Origin: Cycas panzhihuaensis
Taxonomy: Eukaryota; Plantae; Cycadophyta
DNA: 64,000 bases
Reading direction: 5' to 3'
NCBI GenBank assembly: GCA_023213395.1
Contig: CM041465.1
Span: 212,977,741 to 213,041,740, forward strand
Shown here: piece by piece, positions 1 to 12,529 of the stretch
How positions within the stretch are numbered: the stretch's first letter is position 1
Layout: every line of letters starts with the position of its first letter
The notes under the pieces: generated by a model
Databases searched by the model: none
What the model saw: the letters and a program-made list of their open reading frames with translations, nothing else
What the model was told of the DNA's origin: nothing
Program-made: the position numbers and the translations under genes

Positions 1-399
1 AATGCTCACCAAAAAACTTTGGTAATTTAGGTAGAAACAAGGGCATAGAGGAAAGGAAGACCTCTTATGGAAAAGTAGACATCATATAATCTAGAAACGA
101 TCTCTTAAGCCTCAATGTAGAAGAGCATTAAAGAAGGGATTATTAATAAGATAAGGAAGTTCTAGGTGGGGGTTAACCACAATGAGAGGGACAAAGAGGT
201 GGAAGATGCTTGGGAATAAACCATATAACTAGGTAAAAGCTATTGCTTATTTATAGAATAAGATATTATAGAATTAGAGCGTTATAATGAAGAGGAGGTA
301 TTGTACATTAAGGATAAGATAAGTAAGGGTTATAAGGTCTAAGGATGAAAGAGGATGTAGGCTACTTTATAGGCCTAAAAATTTATTGTGGGTGAGTAT

Positions 400-1700
400 G
401 TTGATCAAAGGTAATATATGGATAAGAACCTTGAGTATTGTATAAAGGATATAGGGGTGTTTAAGGGACAACCCTTTGTAATAAGGGGAATAAGGCAGCC
501 TCACATTATGCATGGTGTTTTAGTAGGGAAAAGAATGAAGGTTTCTTTGACTAAGAATGGAAGTATAATGAGAAGGGATGGACCCACTAGAGGTTGGGAC
601 CTTTGAATTAGAATAAGTGTACTTGTATTTACAAATGAGAGAGGATCCTTTACTTAATTGATAAGAGGTAAATCCCTAGTGTGTATTTTCCAAGTTAAGA
701 TGATGCTTTTGAGTGGAACTCTTAAGAGGGAAACCATAAGGAACTAAGGGGATGTGAGGAATCTGAGTTTCTTCTCATAGAGGATGAACTAGTATATGAG
801 ATTGTGAATGAACTAATTTAGTATCTCCTACCTTATTAGGTAGGATAGGAGGTGCCTCGAGAGTAGGTGAGTGAGAAGGAAGGGAAGAATACAAAATATT
901 TATCATATGAAAAGGAACATCTTGCAAAGATTTATGTTCTTGTATAAGAAGATCAAATTGGTCATGATGCTATTCAAGAACTATATATAAGGACGCGATC
1001 ATAGTATAAGTATCTTGATAGAATAGGATTGCTAAACATGGATAGGAATAGGAGAGGGAATTCTAGTAAGCACAAGTTCAAAATAAGGATGGGAAACATG
1101 ATCAACTTGACCCTCTTCTTGCATGGTAGATGAAGTATAGAGAGATGACTTGTCTAAGTGCACTTTAGATAATTTAGAACAACCTTTCTCAATAGGGAAT
1201 TCATATAAATCATTAAGTTCCTTAAAGGGATAAAGATGAGTTTCATATACTTAGTGTTCAAAATAATATTTATAAGTTATATAACCCTCTTGGGCCACAT
1301 ATACTTGATGATAATCATACTCAAGAGGGAGGCCTCTTGCCTAAAAGATCTCCTAAGCTAAGTATGAGGAGGGATCTCTATTATAATGGAGATATTAAAA
1401 GAAGCAATGGAAACATAAGATATATTAAATCAAATGAAATTATGCTTCAAAAGATTCCTAAACAAGAGTAAAGGTCATGAGTCTAAGGTCACCAGACTAT
1501 GGAATTAAAAATTGCAACTTCCCCAGTATGTACTAGAAAATGGATTACTTACTTTAGGTTAATTGCTTTATAATGACTAAAGGAACTAAGCTAAAGGAGC
1601 AAGCCTTTTCAACCAACTCCTAAGAAGGAGTCCATGTCTACTTGTGGATGGGTTTTATGATTAAGGAATTTGTGCTAAAATAAGGTTTGAAATTGTTTGC
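400..1700 (+). mobile_element. Highly degenerate Ty3/gypsy-like gag/protease remnant
   Basis: Stop-riddled, purine-rich coding-like sequence. ORF 418-606 (KNLEYCIKDIGVFKG) resembles a gag N-terminus, and there is a possible decayed zinc knuckle at ~900-945. No termini found. Confidence 0.3.
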
Positions 1701-2635
1701 ATGTGTATAAAAAAAATAAATCTAAATCTACTCAAGTAAAGTAAAGTGTCAACAAACCAAACCTACATGTAGGAGCTAGAATGCACTTTTAGTTTACATG
1801 AATATAACATAAAACACACATGTAAGGAATCAAACTATATGATATGTAAACATGCAATTCTTTTTTTTTTCCACATTTACGTTTTTTTTTTTTTTTTTTT
1901 TTTTGTTAAATACCCTATGAAAAACCAAATAAAAACACAAGATACAAGAGAGATGTAAGTGCTTAAGTTGTAGAGTAAATAAATAAGTAATTAAGTAATT
2001 ACAAATCTAAGCCCAAGACTCACTAGATCAAAACGTCTAAAATCTTTTCTTTTCTTGTGTATGTAAATAAAATAAGAAAAGAGAAATAAAGCAAGTACTT
2101 GATAAACAAAAGTTATATTCATTTTGCTTTCATTTTCCTTTTTGTCTTTTAAAAATCTTAAAACCAGGAAAAGAAAGAAAAATCTATGTGAATTGAGGCA
2201 AAAGTTAGGTACCTCATGATGAATTTTGTAACTAAATTATTTCACTTTCTTCAAATCTCTCCTTAAGTTATGATGATGCTCATTAATAGAGAGAATAGAA
2301 CGCAAATATTACAATAATTGATAAAAAAGAAATAATTCTCACATATAAGTATATAAATAAATTGGGATAATTCCAATAATTATAACACTTAAAGTAGTCT
2401 TGTATGTAAAGGAGAATAACTATCTTCATTGATGACCCTTTCTAGTTTTCTATTCCACCTCCTCTCAAAAGTTTGGGATATGATATGTCAACCCTTAATA
2501 GAGAAAAACTTATTGAGGTTCATGTGAAAGAGGAAACAAGAAAGGTGTGACCACTTAAGAAAATATTATAAACAAAAATTACAATTAGTTCAATTCCTAA
2601 AAGTAGCCTTTTAACAAGACAACCAATAAGATATC

Positions 2636-3065
2636 TATAGGAAATAATATTCAAGGAGAACATGGTAGAACATAAAATAAACTTCAATAGATTAATACAT
2701 CAATATAAAAGTTTAATATATTAATGTTGCAATGTAGCATAAACCATGAAAGCATTGTATTCAAGCCATATTGTGAGAAGAAAACTTTACAAATTTCCTA
2801 ATAAGGGTGGTGTCTAAAGACACCAGGGTTGCACACCCCTTAATATTTATAATTTTGGGGGAGAAGGGAAACTCCTAAACCTTTAAAATTTAAATTAACA
2901 ATAAAATAATACTAACTTAAGTCAAATGAAACTAACTTAAATCAACATTAAACTTACCTTAACTTACCTATACATGTTGAGCACCCACATGTGTAAAATG
3001 AGTTTAATAAGGTGTACAATCCTGGTTGGAAGATGGGAGTGGATTGATGATGACTAACTCCAACA
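2636..3065 (-). repeat. 3' LTR of element A
   Basis: Aligns by eye with 7283-7722; abuts the PPT ttcttcccctta. Confidence 0.95.
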
Positions 3066-3588
3066 TTCTTCCCCTTAATGGTCATCATGAATACTTGTAT
3101 CTTCTCCTTGAACTTATGGAACTTATATTTGAAAAAACTTTAAAAATTTGATCTTTATCAACTTGTTTCAACCTTCTTGTAAAATATCTCTCTTTACCAA
3201 GGAGTGATGCAAAAAAACTGTAAGTAGATGAAACTTGATTCAAATGTAGATTAATAGCTGTAATTTTGACTTTGTCAACTAGAACATTGAGAAGGCTTTA
3301 AACTTAAACTTTGTCTTTTCTAGTCTTTATGCTATGAACAACTATCATATCATTAGGTTCATTCTTTGTCATATCATAGGATTCATTCTCCATAATGTCA
3401 TAAGATTCATTCTCCTCCTCAAATGGAGGATCAGGTACTTGTGTAGCAAGTTGGTCCTGCATTTGATCTAAATCTTCATGGGTGTTGTCATTATGATTCA
3501 CTTATTCTATTACCTATCTCGCATGCTCATCAAAACTATCATCAAATACATAGAGGGTATCTCCCCCATAAGTAGAAATCAATACATT

Positions 3589-3816
3589 TCAAACAGATTT
3601 AGAAGTTGTTAATTCAAAAACCTTTGAAAAAATATCATCATTCATAGTGTAAAATAATAAACCTAAGACTTCATTATCCTTTCTAAAATTTTCTTTAATA
3701 CTTAGATCACATTCATATTGTAAATGTTTTAGAAGATCATGTTTAATAAAATAATCTAGCCTAGTTTTGTACCATAGTGAAAAAATTTTCCTATTGAATA
3801 TAGGAAATTGTGCCAT
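3589..3816 (-). pseudogene. Truncated copia gag N-terminus (UBN2/Retrotran_gag_2-like)
   Basis: MAQFPIFNRKIFSLW...DNEVLGLLFYTMNDDIFSKVFELTTSKSV fits the copia gag N-terminal pattern; followed by acidic low-complexity ORF 3304-3501. Confidence 0.7.
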
Positions 3817-5871
3817 TTTATCAAAGAAACTTTAGTAAATAAAATGTATGCTTTTACCAAATCAAGGAGTCAATAAATGAATGAATATATATGATTTCAA
3901 ATAAACTTTTTAAAGGAGATATAATTCCCTTTGAAAATGAATGAACTAAATGCAACCTTTATGGGTGCAATAAGGAAATAAACTTTTCAATAATGATAAA
4001 TGCTTTCAATATATGTATGCCTTTAGAAAGTATATGAACTAAGCATAATAAGGAAATGATCCTTTCAATAATGGTAAAAATGGCTTTTCAATAAGTGTGC
4101 CTTTCAAATAAACTTTAAAATGAAATAAATATAAGAGCAAATTTGAATACAATAAAGATCCTTTTAGTAATACAAATCTGAAATGTAACTTTGATGATAA
4201 AAAGAATAATCCTTAACCTTTTGATTCTTCAAATAAATAAATATAAACTCTTAATGCAATAAATCCTTAGCCTTGATGATAATATATAATGCTAAAACTA
4301 AAATGTATATGTGTATTTTCACTTTGAAATAAAACGAATATGAAGAAATTTTGAATAAAAAAGGTATTGTACTTCTTAAAAGAAGGTTTAAAGGATAACC
4401 TCAAGTTTGGTAGCTTTAAAAGTATACTAACCGATGTTAGAATAATATGAAACTTCACCAATATGAATATTAATAAAATATCTATCCAATGGAACTGACC
4501 GTTTTAAAAACGGGTTCCTATAAGTCAAGTTTTGATAAAGCAATGCAGGCCTCTTTTTTAGGCTTAACAAGAGTTGGAAGCTTAAAAAGGTATAAAAATT
4601 CTAATAAAATACTTATAAAATGTTATAAGATGATCAAATATCATTTATAAGACTGCTTAATATATTTTTAGCTAAACATTTTTTAGAAATATATATAAAA
4701 AATATGTAAAAATGACAGATTAGAGGTAATTAAGTACCTCAAATTTAATCGATTTTAAAATCAGTAAAAGAACATGAAAACGTATAAAAACATATGTAAG
4801 TTTTAAGATAATTAAGTCAGTTTACCAACAAAACTAATAGGACTAAATTCTAATACAAAATAGAGAAGTTATAGTAGAAATGGCAATAGGTACCTTTATG
4901 GTAAAATGTTAAGAAAAACGCTGAAAACCACTAAAGTGGCACTTTTGACGATTAAAATAGTGATTAAAATGAATTCTAAAAAATAAAATAAAAGGTGGGT
5001 AATGAATTTTTTTGAACATAGATCATTGTAGAACATATTTAGATAAAAAATAATTACCCAGTAATAAAATATAATTAGTTCAAAAAGTGATTTTGTAAAA
5101 AGTTTTGAAAAGTCTCAAAAAATGACTAATTGACTTTAAATTGACTGAAATGGGGTCAAATCAGCACCAAATTGGTCACATGACCAATCAAAATCGATCT
5201 ACAAAAACTTTTTGATGCAATGAAATTGGTTTCATCAAAAACCTATAAGTCAGTGAGAAGTTATAGCAAAAATTTGCCAGTAACCCTTTGTAAAAGTGAA
5301 AAATTAAAAGAAATAAAAAGGAAAAAGGTGTTTATAAACTTTCGTTAGCCCCTTTAGTGATGAGTTAAGGTCATGTGAGGGTGTCTTATGATCAAGGGAT
5401 GAATTGTGAGGGGTTAATACTCTTTGAAACACAGATTCTAAAAAAATATTAAATTCAATTAAATTTGTTTGAACTTTATGGAAAAAATAAAATTTTAGTG
5501 ATTTTCAAGAGCACCGTGAGTATGTTACACCATCGCGCCCTGCACATGACCGTTGTTACAAACATGCATGCAGATCTACACAGAGATCACGCGGAGGGTG
5601 ATCTTGGGAGCCGTTGACGCGTCAAGGAGAATGCCACCCACCAGGGGGTCAAAACACGCCGAGTTTGTCAACTAAGCAACTGATGGTATCACGCGGAGGA
5701 GACGGAGATGGAAGTCCATGGAAGAGGATCACTCAGGAGAGGGAAAGACGAAGGTTTGTCATTGCTATAAGGGGGACTGTACCTAGTTAGGAGAGTCGTG
5801 ACTGCCTTGCTAAAGATGATGCGATTAAAGAGTAGAAGTGAAGAATGTTGTTACTGATATTCTTGGCTACT

Positions 5872-6020
5872 TTGGAGCTGTTTTTCAGGGATGTCCCAAG
5901 CTCTGATAGACAGAATTTACTTCTGTGAATCTTTTCTGCATCGTAGTTGACTTCATCGACCCTACCAAAAATGTGAGAGAGAATGATATTAAACAACAAA
6001 TGTTGCTCAATCTTGTGGAT
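5872..6020 (+). pseudogene. Captured fragment of PP2A B' (B56) regulatory subunit
   Basis: FFRDVPSSDRQNLLL [frameshift/deletion] NLFCIVVDFIDPTKNVRENDIKQQMLLNLVD matches the B56 N-terminal core FKDVP..EKQNLF..KLNLCCVVFDF.DPTK..KEK.IKRQTLLELVD. Confidence 0.85.
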
Positions 6021-6232
6021 CAGATTGAAGCTGCTATTGTGCTATTGTGAGGATCATGAAAGCAAGGCAGATTTGAGACCATAATAATATTGTGGCAGAG
6101 GTGACAAGACAGTTACAATCAAGGTTTCTGCCAAACCCTATTGTAATAAAGAAACGAATTGAATCTCTTATTGAACGAGAGTTTTTATAAAGGGATAAAA
6201 GTGACCAAAAATTATACAAGTATCTTGCCTAA
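6021..6232 (+). pseudogene. CUL3: Captured cullin-3 C-terminal (neddylation/WHB) fragment, followed by probable 3'UTR
   Basis: QIEAAIV[8-nt dup][58 protein letters not shown], the canonical CUL3 C-terminus. Confidence 0.95.
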
Positions 6233-7185
6233 GACACTACAGATTGTTTCAGTTGTTATCTAGTTAGATGTGTATGCAATGTGTAGAGCAAGGTTTCTTT
6301 GCTACAGTTTCTGGTATTGATCATCAACACTAAGGTTAGTCAGTCTTATCTTTGCCAAAGGTTTGCTTTGTTAAAATATGCTTTGTAGCGAAAGGAGAGG
6401 CGATTGAACTAGATTCTCAAGTTTGAAAAAAATGATAGAGCCACCCTTTATTCCAAGGGAGTATGTGAGCCCTCCTGATACCAAAGTGCATTTTAGATCC
6501 GTAATCATGGTAAAAGAGGTTACAACTGTCAACAACAATGAGTCAATGGATTTGTATAGGATTTGAAATTCTTTGATTTGTTATTTGTTTTGTCGTATAT
6601 ATGTGTAGCACCATGATTTTAACTCTGGACGATCTATTATTTATGTTTATTTTGAAAGCCTAGTGGTTTTATCCAATGCACAGATTTACTTGGAGTGCCA
6701 CGAGAGGTTGTCAAGTTTTCAGGGTTTCAAGGCTTCGATGGTGAGTGTTAAAAAGAAAAGGCTCGATTCCCAGCCCAATGATTTGAAAGGATTCTAAACC
6801 CTGCGTGTATACTTTAAGGAAATCTCCAATTAATCTTTTGTAGATTGGGTGCTCACATCACGTCTACGATTACATTTATTATTATTTGGTAATGGAATAA
6901 TGTGAGGAGATAAATATGAAAAGACGAAGATGCTCTGAACCTTTCAGAATCCACCTGACTTGCGAATCTCTAACTTAGGCTAGTTTGGAACTCATTAAAG
7001 ATGATATTAATTTGGTATATATATTTCCTAATATTTATCAATCCAGATATGAACTATTCAAAACCGTTCTTTTGCTTATGGAAAATCTATGTATCTGCTA
7101 CACTATTAGTATTTTCAGATCTTACAGTATTGATTTTATTTGAAGCATGACAACAAATAAAGAATGAAATAATGAAGCTAATGTA

Positions 7186-7280
7186 GCTTTGATACCAAAT
7201 GTTAGAAAATAATGGAGCCCGAAGTAGCTTTGATACCAAATAAAGGAAATAAAATGGAGCTAAACTATGCTCTGATACCA
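7186..7280 (-). repeat. Three tandem tRNA-iMet PBS copies (41-42 bp period)
   Basis: gctttgatacca 7186-7197, gctttgatacca 7227-7238, gctctgatacca 7269-7280; each is followed by aat and an LTR-end-like A-rich stretch. Confidence 0.9.
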
Positions 7281-7282
7281 AA

Positions 7283-7722
7283 TGTAGGAAATAATATTCA
7301 AGGAGAATAAGGCAAAACATAAAATAAACTTTAATAGATCAATACATCAATATAAAAGTTTAATATGTCAATGTTGCAATGTAGCATAAACCATGAAAGC
7401 ATTATATTTAAGCCATATTGTGAGAAGAAAACTTTACAAATTTCCCAATAAGGGTAGTGTCTAAAGACACCAGGGTTGCACACCCCTTAATATTTATAAT
7501 TTTGGGGGAGGAGGGAAAATCCTCAACCCCTAAAATTTAAATTGACAATAAAATAATACTAACTTAACTCAAATGAAACTAACTCAAATTAACTTAAATC
7601 AATATTAAACTTACCTTAACTTACCTACACATGTTGAGCACCCATATGTATAAAATGAGGTTGATGAGGTGTACAATCCTGGGTGGAAGGTGAGAGTGGA
7701 GTGATGATGATTAACTCCAACA
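7283..7722 (-). repeat. 5' LTR of element A
   Basis: tgtagg...ctccaaca, adjacent to the PBS. Confidence 0.95.
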
Positions 7723-8256
7723 ATATCAACTTAGATACCAAATCTAATTTGATCCTAAGTTTTATCACAAAAAGAGATTCAACCAAACTACTAGATTTCA
7801 ATAGTTATAAAAGCTAAAAAGTAAAGGAAGTTTTTTTTTTTCTTTTTTTTTTAATTTAAAATAAACCATGCATTAATAGAAACCACCAACTAATCTAAGA
7901 AAAATTACCTTTAACCTAATAGAAAAAGAAATAGTATATGCCTCAAAATAATGCCATGTTTCTTCTCAACGCTCTATCACCAAGTCCGAGGAACCATAAG
8001 AATGATAAGAATGATGATAAAGATGTTGATAGAGATGATAGTAGACATAAACAAAATTGATAAAAAGTATAAGAGACTAATCTCAATGGATGAGTGAGAG
8101 ATTATGCTTAAGAACTAAGTAGGATATAAGGTAAATATGGCCCATTATTCCTCTAAACACGACCAACCAATTCTCATGGAGATAAATCTCCAATCAAGTT
8201 TAGAATAATAAGGGAAATACAATCAAGATTTTATAGAGGTTTAGTAGATTTGATGG

Positions 8257-8406
8257 TATAGACTAAAGAATTATTTTAACTAGATATTTAGACTAAAGAA
8301 TTATTTTATCTAGATACATAGACTAAAGAATTATTTTATCTAGATATATAGACTAAAGAATTATTTTATCTAGATATATAGACTCAAGAATTATTTTATC
8401 TAGATA
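8257..8406. repeat. 30-bp minisatellite, 5 copies
   Basis: Unit gactaaagaattattttatctagatatata, head-to-tail with no spacers. Confidence 0.95.
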
Positions 8407-9195
8407 AAATATAATAATAAGGTAATAATTAATTTTTATCGCAAGGTTTCTCATATCAATTCTATGTTTTGTGCTTATTTATTTTGTGTCTGTTATGTAT
8501 ATAAGTAATTTGTTTGTTTATGATTTCTAACAAATTTGTTAAGGTTGGTCCCTATATGGAAAAATATTTTGTGGCACATGTATCACCTACATATATACTT
8601 ATATGATCAAATCATCCTCAGAGAATAAAAGCTCAAGAAACACTTACTAAAAAAAATGGAATAAAATCAAAGTGACTTGAAGTTTGAACTTTAGTTAGGT
8701 GTACCTCCTTCAAAAGACTCTTATAACATAAAAACTTCTTACTTCTTTTAATAGGATCCAAAATTTGATTATATCTTTTAAACATGGACATTTTAGTGTT
8801 GCCAAACATAATGGCTTTTAGTCAAAACACTTCATGCAAATGCATGAATATCATTAATAACAAGGAGTGATAATGGAAGACTTTGCCTTCATCTAAATAT
8901 ATCTTTATTTCTCTATTTATTTTAATACTAAGGTATTTGGCCCAATACTATCTTGAAACTTTAGAAGATCTTTTAATGGGTAAATAATTCTTGCTCGATA
9001 TATTCATCACTCTAGCCTTTAAAATAATTATTTTATAGATAATCCTTACATCCTATGTATGTAAGGGTTGGATAAATAGGCTAGTTTATATGACATTGTA
9101 TTAAATAATACTTCTCCCTAGTAAATATTCTTTATAAGTGCCTTCTAATCCTTATTTTTATCATCAAATTCTACATCTTCCCTATCAAAATGAAG

Positions 9196-9196
<1 letters not shown>

Positions 9197-9235
<39 letters not shown>
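9197..9235. repeat. (TA)n microsatellite
   Basis: Seen directly. Confidence 0.95.
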
Positions 9236-9237
<2 letters not shown>

Positions 9238-9339
9238 CCTTAGGTGTAATAGTGAAGTATGCACCTCTAAAGCAAAATACTCCATTATCATATCTCAACA
9301 AAACTCATGGACAATATCATTCTTGTTATATAATATGAT

Positions 9340-9920
9340 GACAATGTTTTGGAGGCTAAAATTTTGATAGATTGGCAGCACAGTTTCCCTCCCAAACTTC
9401 CTCGGGGGTTCCAAAGGGGACTGGGAGCCCCCCTTGGCCAGGGGGTGCAGGGGGAGCCAGAACCACCCCCCACAAAGAGGGGGTTTGGGGGTGATATCCC
9501 CTAACCCAAAAAGATAACACTGAAAAGCATACTAAATTATAAAGAGAATCATGGTCATTCGCTCAAAATACCCTAGATTCTATGGCCAAGATTTGTGCCT
9601 TATATGACTCTCTTGTATAGCCTGATTTAGGGTGTTTTTTCATTATGTTGATGGTGTTCGATGTATTGGATGTACCATGAAGAGTTGGGTGGCTGGTTGT
9701 TGTTACTATGAGTATTTTACTATAGATTATATATATTTCTCCATTATTTGATAATAAAGATTGATACCTTTCCTATGTGGATGCTTCCCTAACACACTAC
9801 TAGGGTTTTACCACGTTATATTGGGTGTATATGTGATGATTTGGCTTTCTAATTTATTTTATTATATTATCTCTGGTTTAAGAACTTGTATGTTAAATTT
9901 TAGTTTTGATTCTTATAACT
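9340..9920 (+). mobile_element. Probable solo/remnant LTR with GC-rich G/C-run block
   Basis: G/C-run block 9385-9505, downstream TATA-like ttataaa, and gggttttaccacgtta resembling a common plant copia LTR motif. Ends not defined. Confidence 0.4.
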
Positions 9921-11029
9921 AGTTACAAAATAGTTTAGATCTTGGTAGTGGTTTCAAGTTATTGGGACCTTATCTTCTCAACAATTCTGCCATTGTAAGG
10001 TAGGAAAGTATATCATTTAGGCTATTCTAAATAGATATAGCACTTAGGCTTAATTCACTATTACTTTTTGATGTTTTAAATATCTAGAACTTGTTTCTTC
10101 TTTATCTTTGGAGCCTACTTGAAGGTATATCCCTCCCATTTGGCTTTCTAAGCTAAGAGTTCCTTATCAACAATTTTGTTTAGGCTGAAAAGTAATTAAG
10201 GGATTTGTTATTCCTTTATTTTAATATTTTTTTAGAAAAACTTTTTCTTATCATTGTCTATTAAGAATTCTTTCTAAAATCCTTTGAATACCTTCCTTGG
10301 GGTCAAAGCTAGTCATAAATTTTAAGAATCATTAATTTATAGTATGATATTTAATGTGGCTTCCATGCCTTAATTACACATGTCATGATATGATTCTTGT
10401 CGAGGTGTATTTCCTTCAAAATTCTAACAATGAGAGATCATGAATCAATGAATAGAAAATTAATTTGATGCTATAAATCTTGTCACTAATCTTCATGTTT
10501 TGACTTGTCTTGCCATCTAATCAAGTTTCTTTAGCCATATACTAATTTATGTATAATATTTAGTTAATGTAACTGAATCAATTTTTATTATTGATGACCA
10601 TGACATAAAAAACCTTAATGCTACCAAAATTTAGATGCCAAGAATAAAGTCTTATAAATTTATCATCTATCTCTCAAAATTAATAATGGTTCTTATTCAT
10701 AAGAATTATAGGAAAGGTAGGTTATTTTTTACTTTTCCATTATTTTATACTTTTCTTCCTTCCCCTCATTTTTTTTTTCTTTTTCAAATTCTTATATGGA
10801 TTTAGTCAAATACCATTTACTTTGTTAAGTACTAACTTATTCTTTAGTGTTTTAACTACTACTAATCCATTTAGCCTAATTTATTCCAAAATATAGGGTC
10901 CTTGCCAATGAGTCTTTAATTTTCCTTGCTTCCACTTAAATTTGCTATTGAAAATAGAAACAAGATTATTTTATTAAAGTACCATATTCACTTTCATATT
11001 AGAGTGTGACACGTGTTAATGAAACAAAT

Positions 11030-12529
11030 TCGATACTAAAGCCCTTTCCAAATTTCTCCAACCATTAAATATTCCACAAGGTAAGTGGCAAGATATTGCC
11101 ATGGACTTTATAATAGGCTTATCCCTATCTATTAGGTTTGATTCTATTTGGATGGTCATTGATCAATTAACCAAGTATTCATACTTCCTCCTAGTTAACA
11201 CCTCATATACATCCTCTTACCTTGTTGACTTATATATCTAATTCACATTTCACCTTCATAGATTTCCCTTAACCATTATTTATGATTGAGACCCCATGTT
11301 TAATAGCTCATTTTAGTAAGAACTCTTTAGGGCTATTGAAATCTCATTTACCATGAGTTCTACATACCACTAATAAACTGATGGCTAATCTAAGGTCTTA
11401 AAAAAAACCTTGGAAACCTATCTATATTATTTTACCTTATAACATGAAGTTAAGTGGACTTCCTAGCTTTTCTTGGTAGAGTACTCATATAACTCCTCTC
11501 ACCATTTATCCATCAGTATGTCATTCTTTTTAGCCCTTTATGGCTACCACCCCCCTTCACACTATACTTTAGCCACCAACTTTCGAATGGCCTCAGTACA
11601 ACAAAATCTTTAAGAGATAGACCAAATCCTCTATATCCCTTTGATTAAATCTGGCCTCCACTCAAAATCACATGAAGCAACCTATCTATTGCCATCTGAT
11701 CGATCCTTAAACATTGGAGATATGGTATTCCCCTACCTCCAACTTAATAAGCATTAGTTTCTTAAGTCTCATCAAGGTCATAAACTTAGCCCATGATATA
11801 ATGGCCCTTACAAAGTCCTCCATAAAATTGGTGAATTCATGTATGCCCTTGAACTCCCCCTAAACACTAATATCCATAATGTATTCCATGTCTCTTTCCC
11901 AAAAAAATACCTTAGATCAAAAGTTATAACCCATACAACCTTACCCATTCTCACCAATGAGTAAATCCTCATAATTCCACATGATAAAATCATTGCTAGC
12001 CACCACACTACCTCAAGAATTATACTATTTTTAAGCATTTGATATAGTAGGTTGATTATGATGCAAATGAATCAACTTGAGAATTTGATGAGTTCATCTA
12101 GTAATATCCTCATCTCCAACACTGTGAGGACTCATTATCTTAGAGGGGGGCACTTATAATATAACCCCACCTTTCCTAAGCACTAACAAGTAGGACCCAC
12201 CAATGGGTTAAGGATTGATATTAGTTATTAAGATTTATACATGTGTCGTTAACCCCTCAAATAAGATGTAAGGCTGTTAGGGCCACTAATAGGATGAAAA
12301 AGAAGAACACCCCTACATGTCTATTTAAAGGGTCAAATATCGCTTGTAAAAGGTTGTTAAGTATTATTATCTTTTGAAGAGAAAGTACTTTGATACTCCC
12401 TTTAATGTTCAATTTGTTTGTGATCAATTTGTATGCTTTGTTCTTATTAAGGTGATATTTGGCTTCTATTTTTATTGATCTATATTTTCAAGGTTAATTT
12501 TCTAAAAGGAAATGCTCTAATGTATTACA
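11030..12529 (+). mobile_element. Decayed chromovirus-type Ty3/gypsy integrase, chromodomain, PPT and 3' LTR
   Basis: [13 protein letters not shown]...[13 protein letters not shown]; H**TDG*S (HPQTDGQS); GPYKVLHKIG...IHNVFHVS; PPT agagggggg ~12142-12150; LTR ending ttaca at 12529. Confidence 0.8.

Larger units (their letters stand above)
2636..7722 (-). mobile_element. Element A: non-autonomous copia-type LTR retrotransposon carrying host gene fragments
   Basis: Direct-repeat LTRs 2636-3065 and 7283-7722 (TG..CA; left TG mutated to TA). Perfect TSD ATATC at 2631-2635 and 7723-7727. PBS-iMet (revcomp TGGTATCAGAGC) at 7269-7280; PPT at 3066-3077. Only a gag N-terminal fragment is present, no pol. 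Confidence 0.95.

Noticed and set aside
5684-5694. + strand tggtatcacgc as the PBS of a nested element
   Set aside because: Only 8 nt match and there is no adjacent LTR end.
8257-8406. 30-bp repeats with a palindromic core as a CRISPR-like array
   Set aside because: Units are contiguous with no unique spacers; this is a eukaryotic minisatellite.
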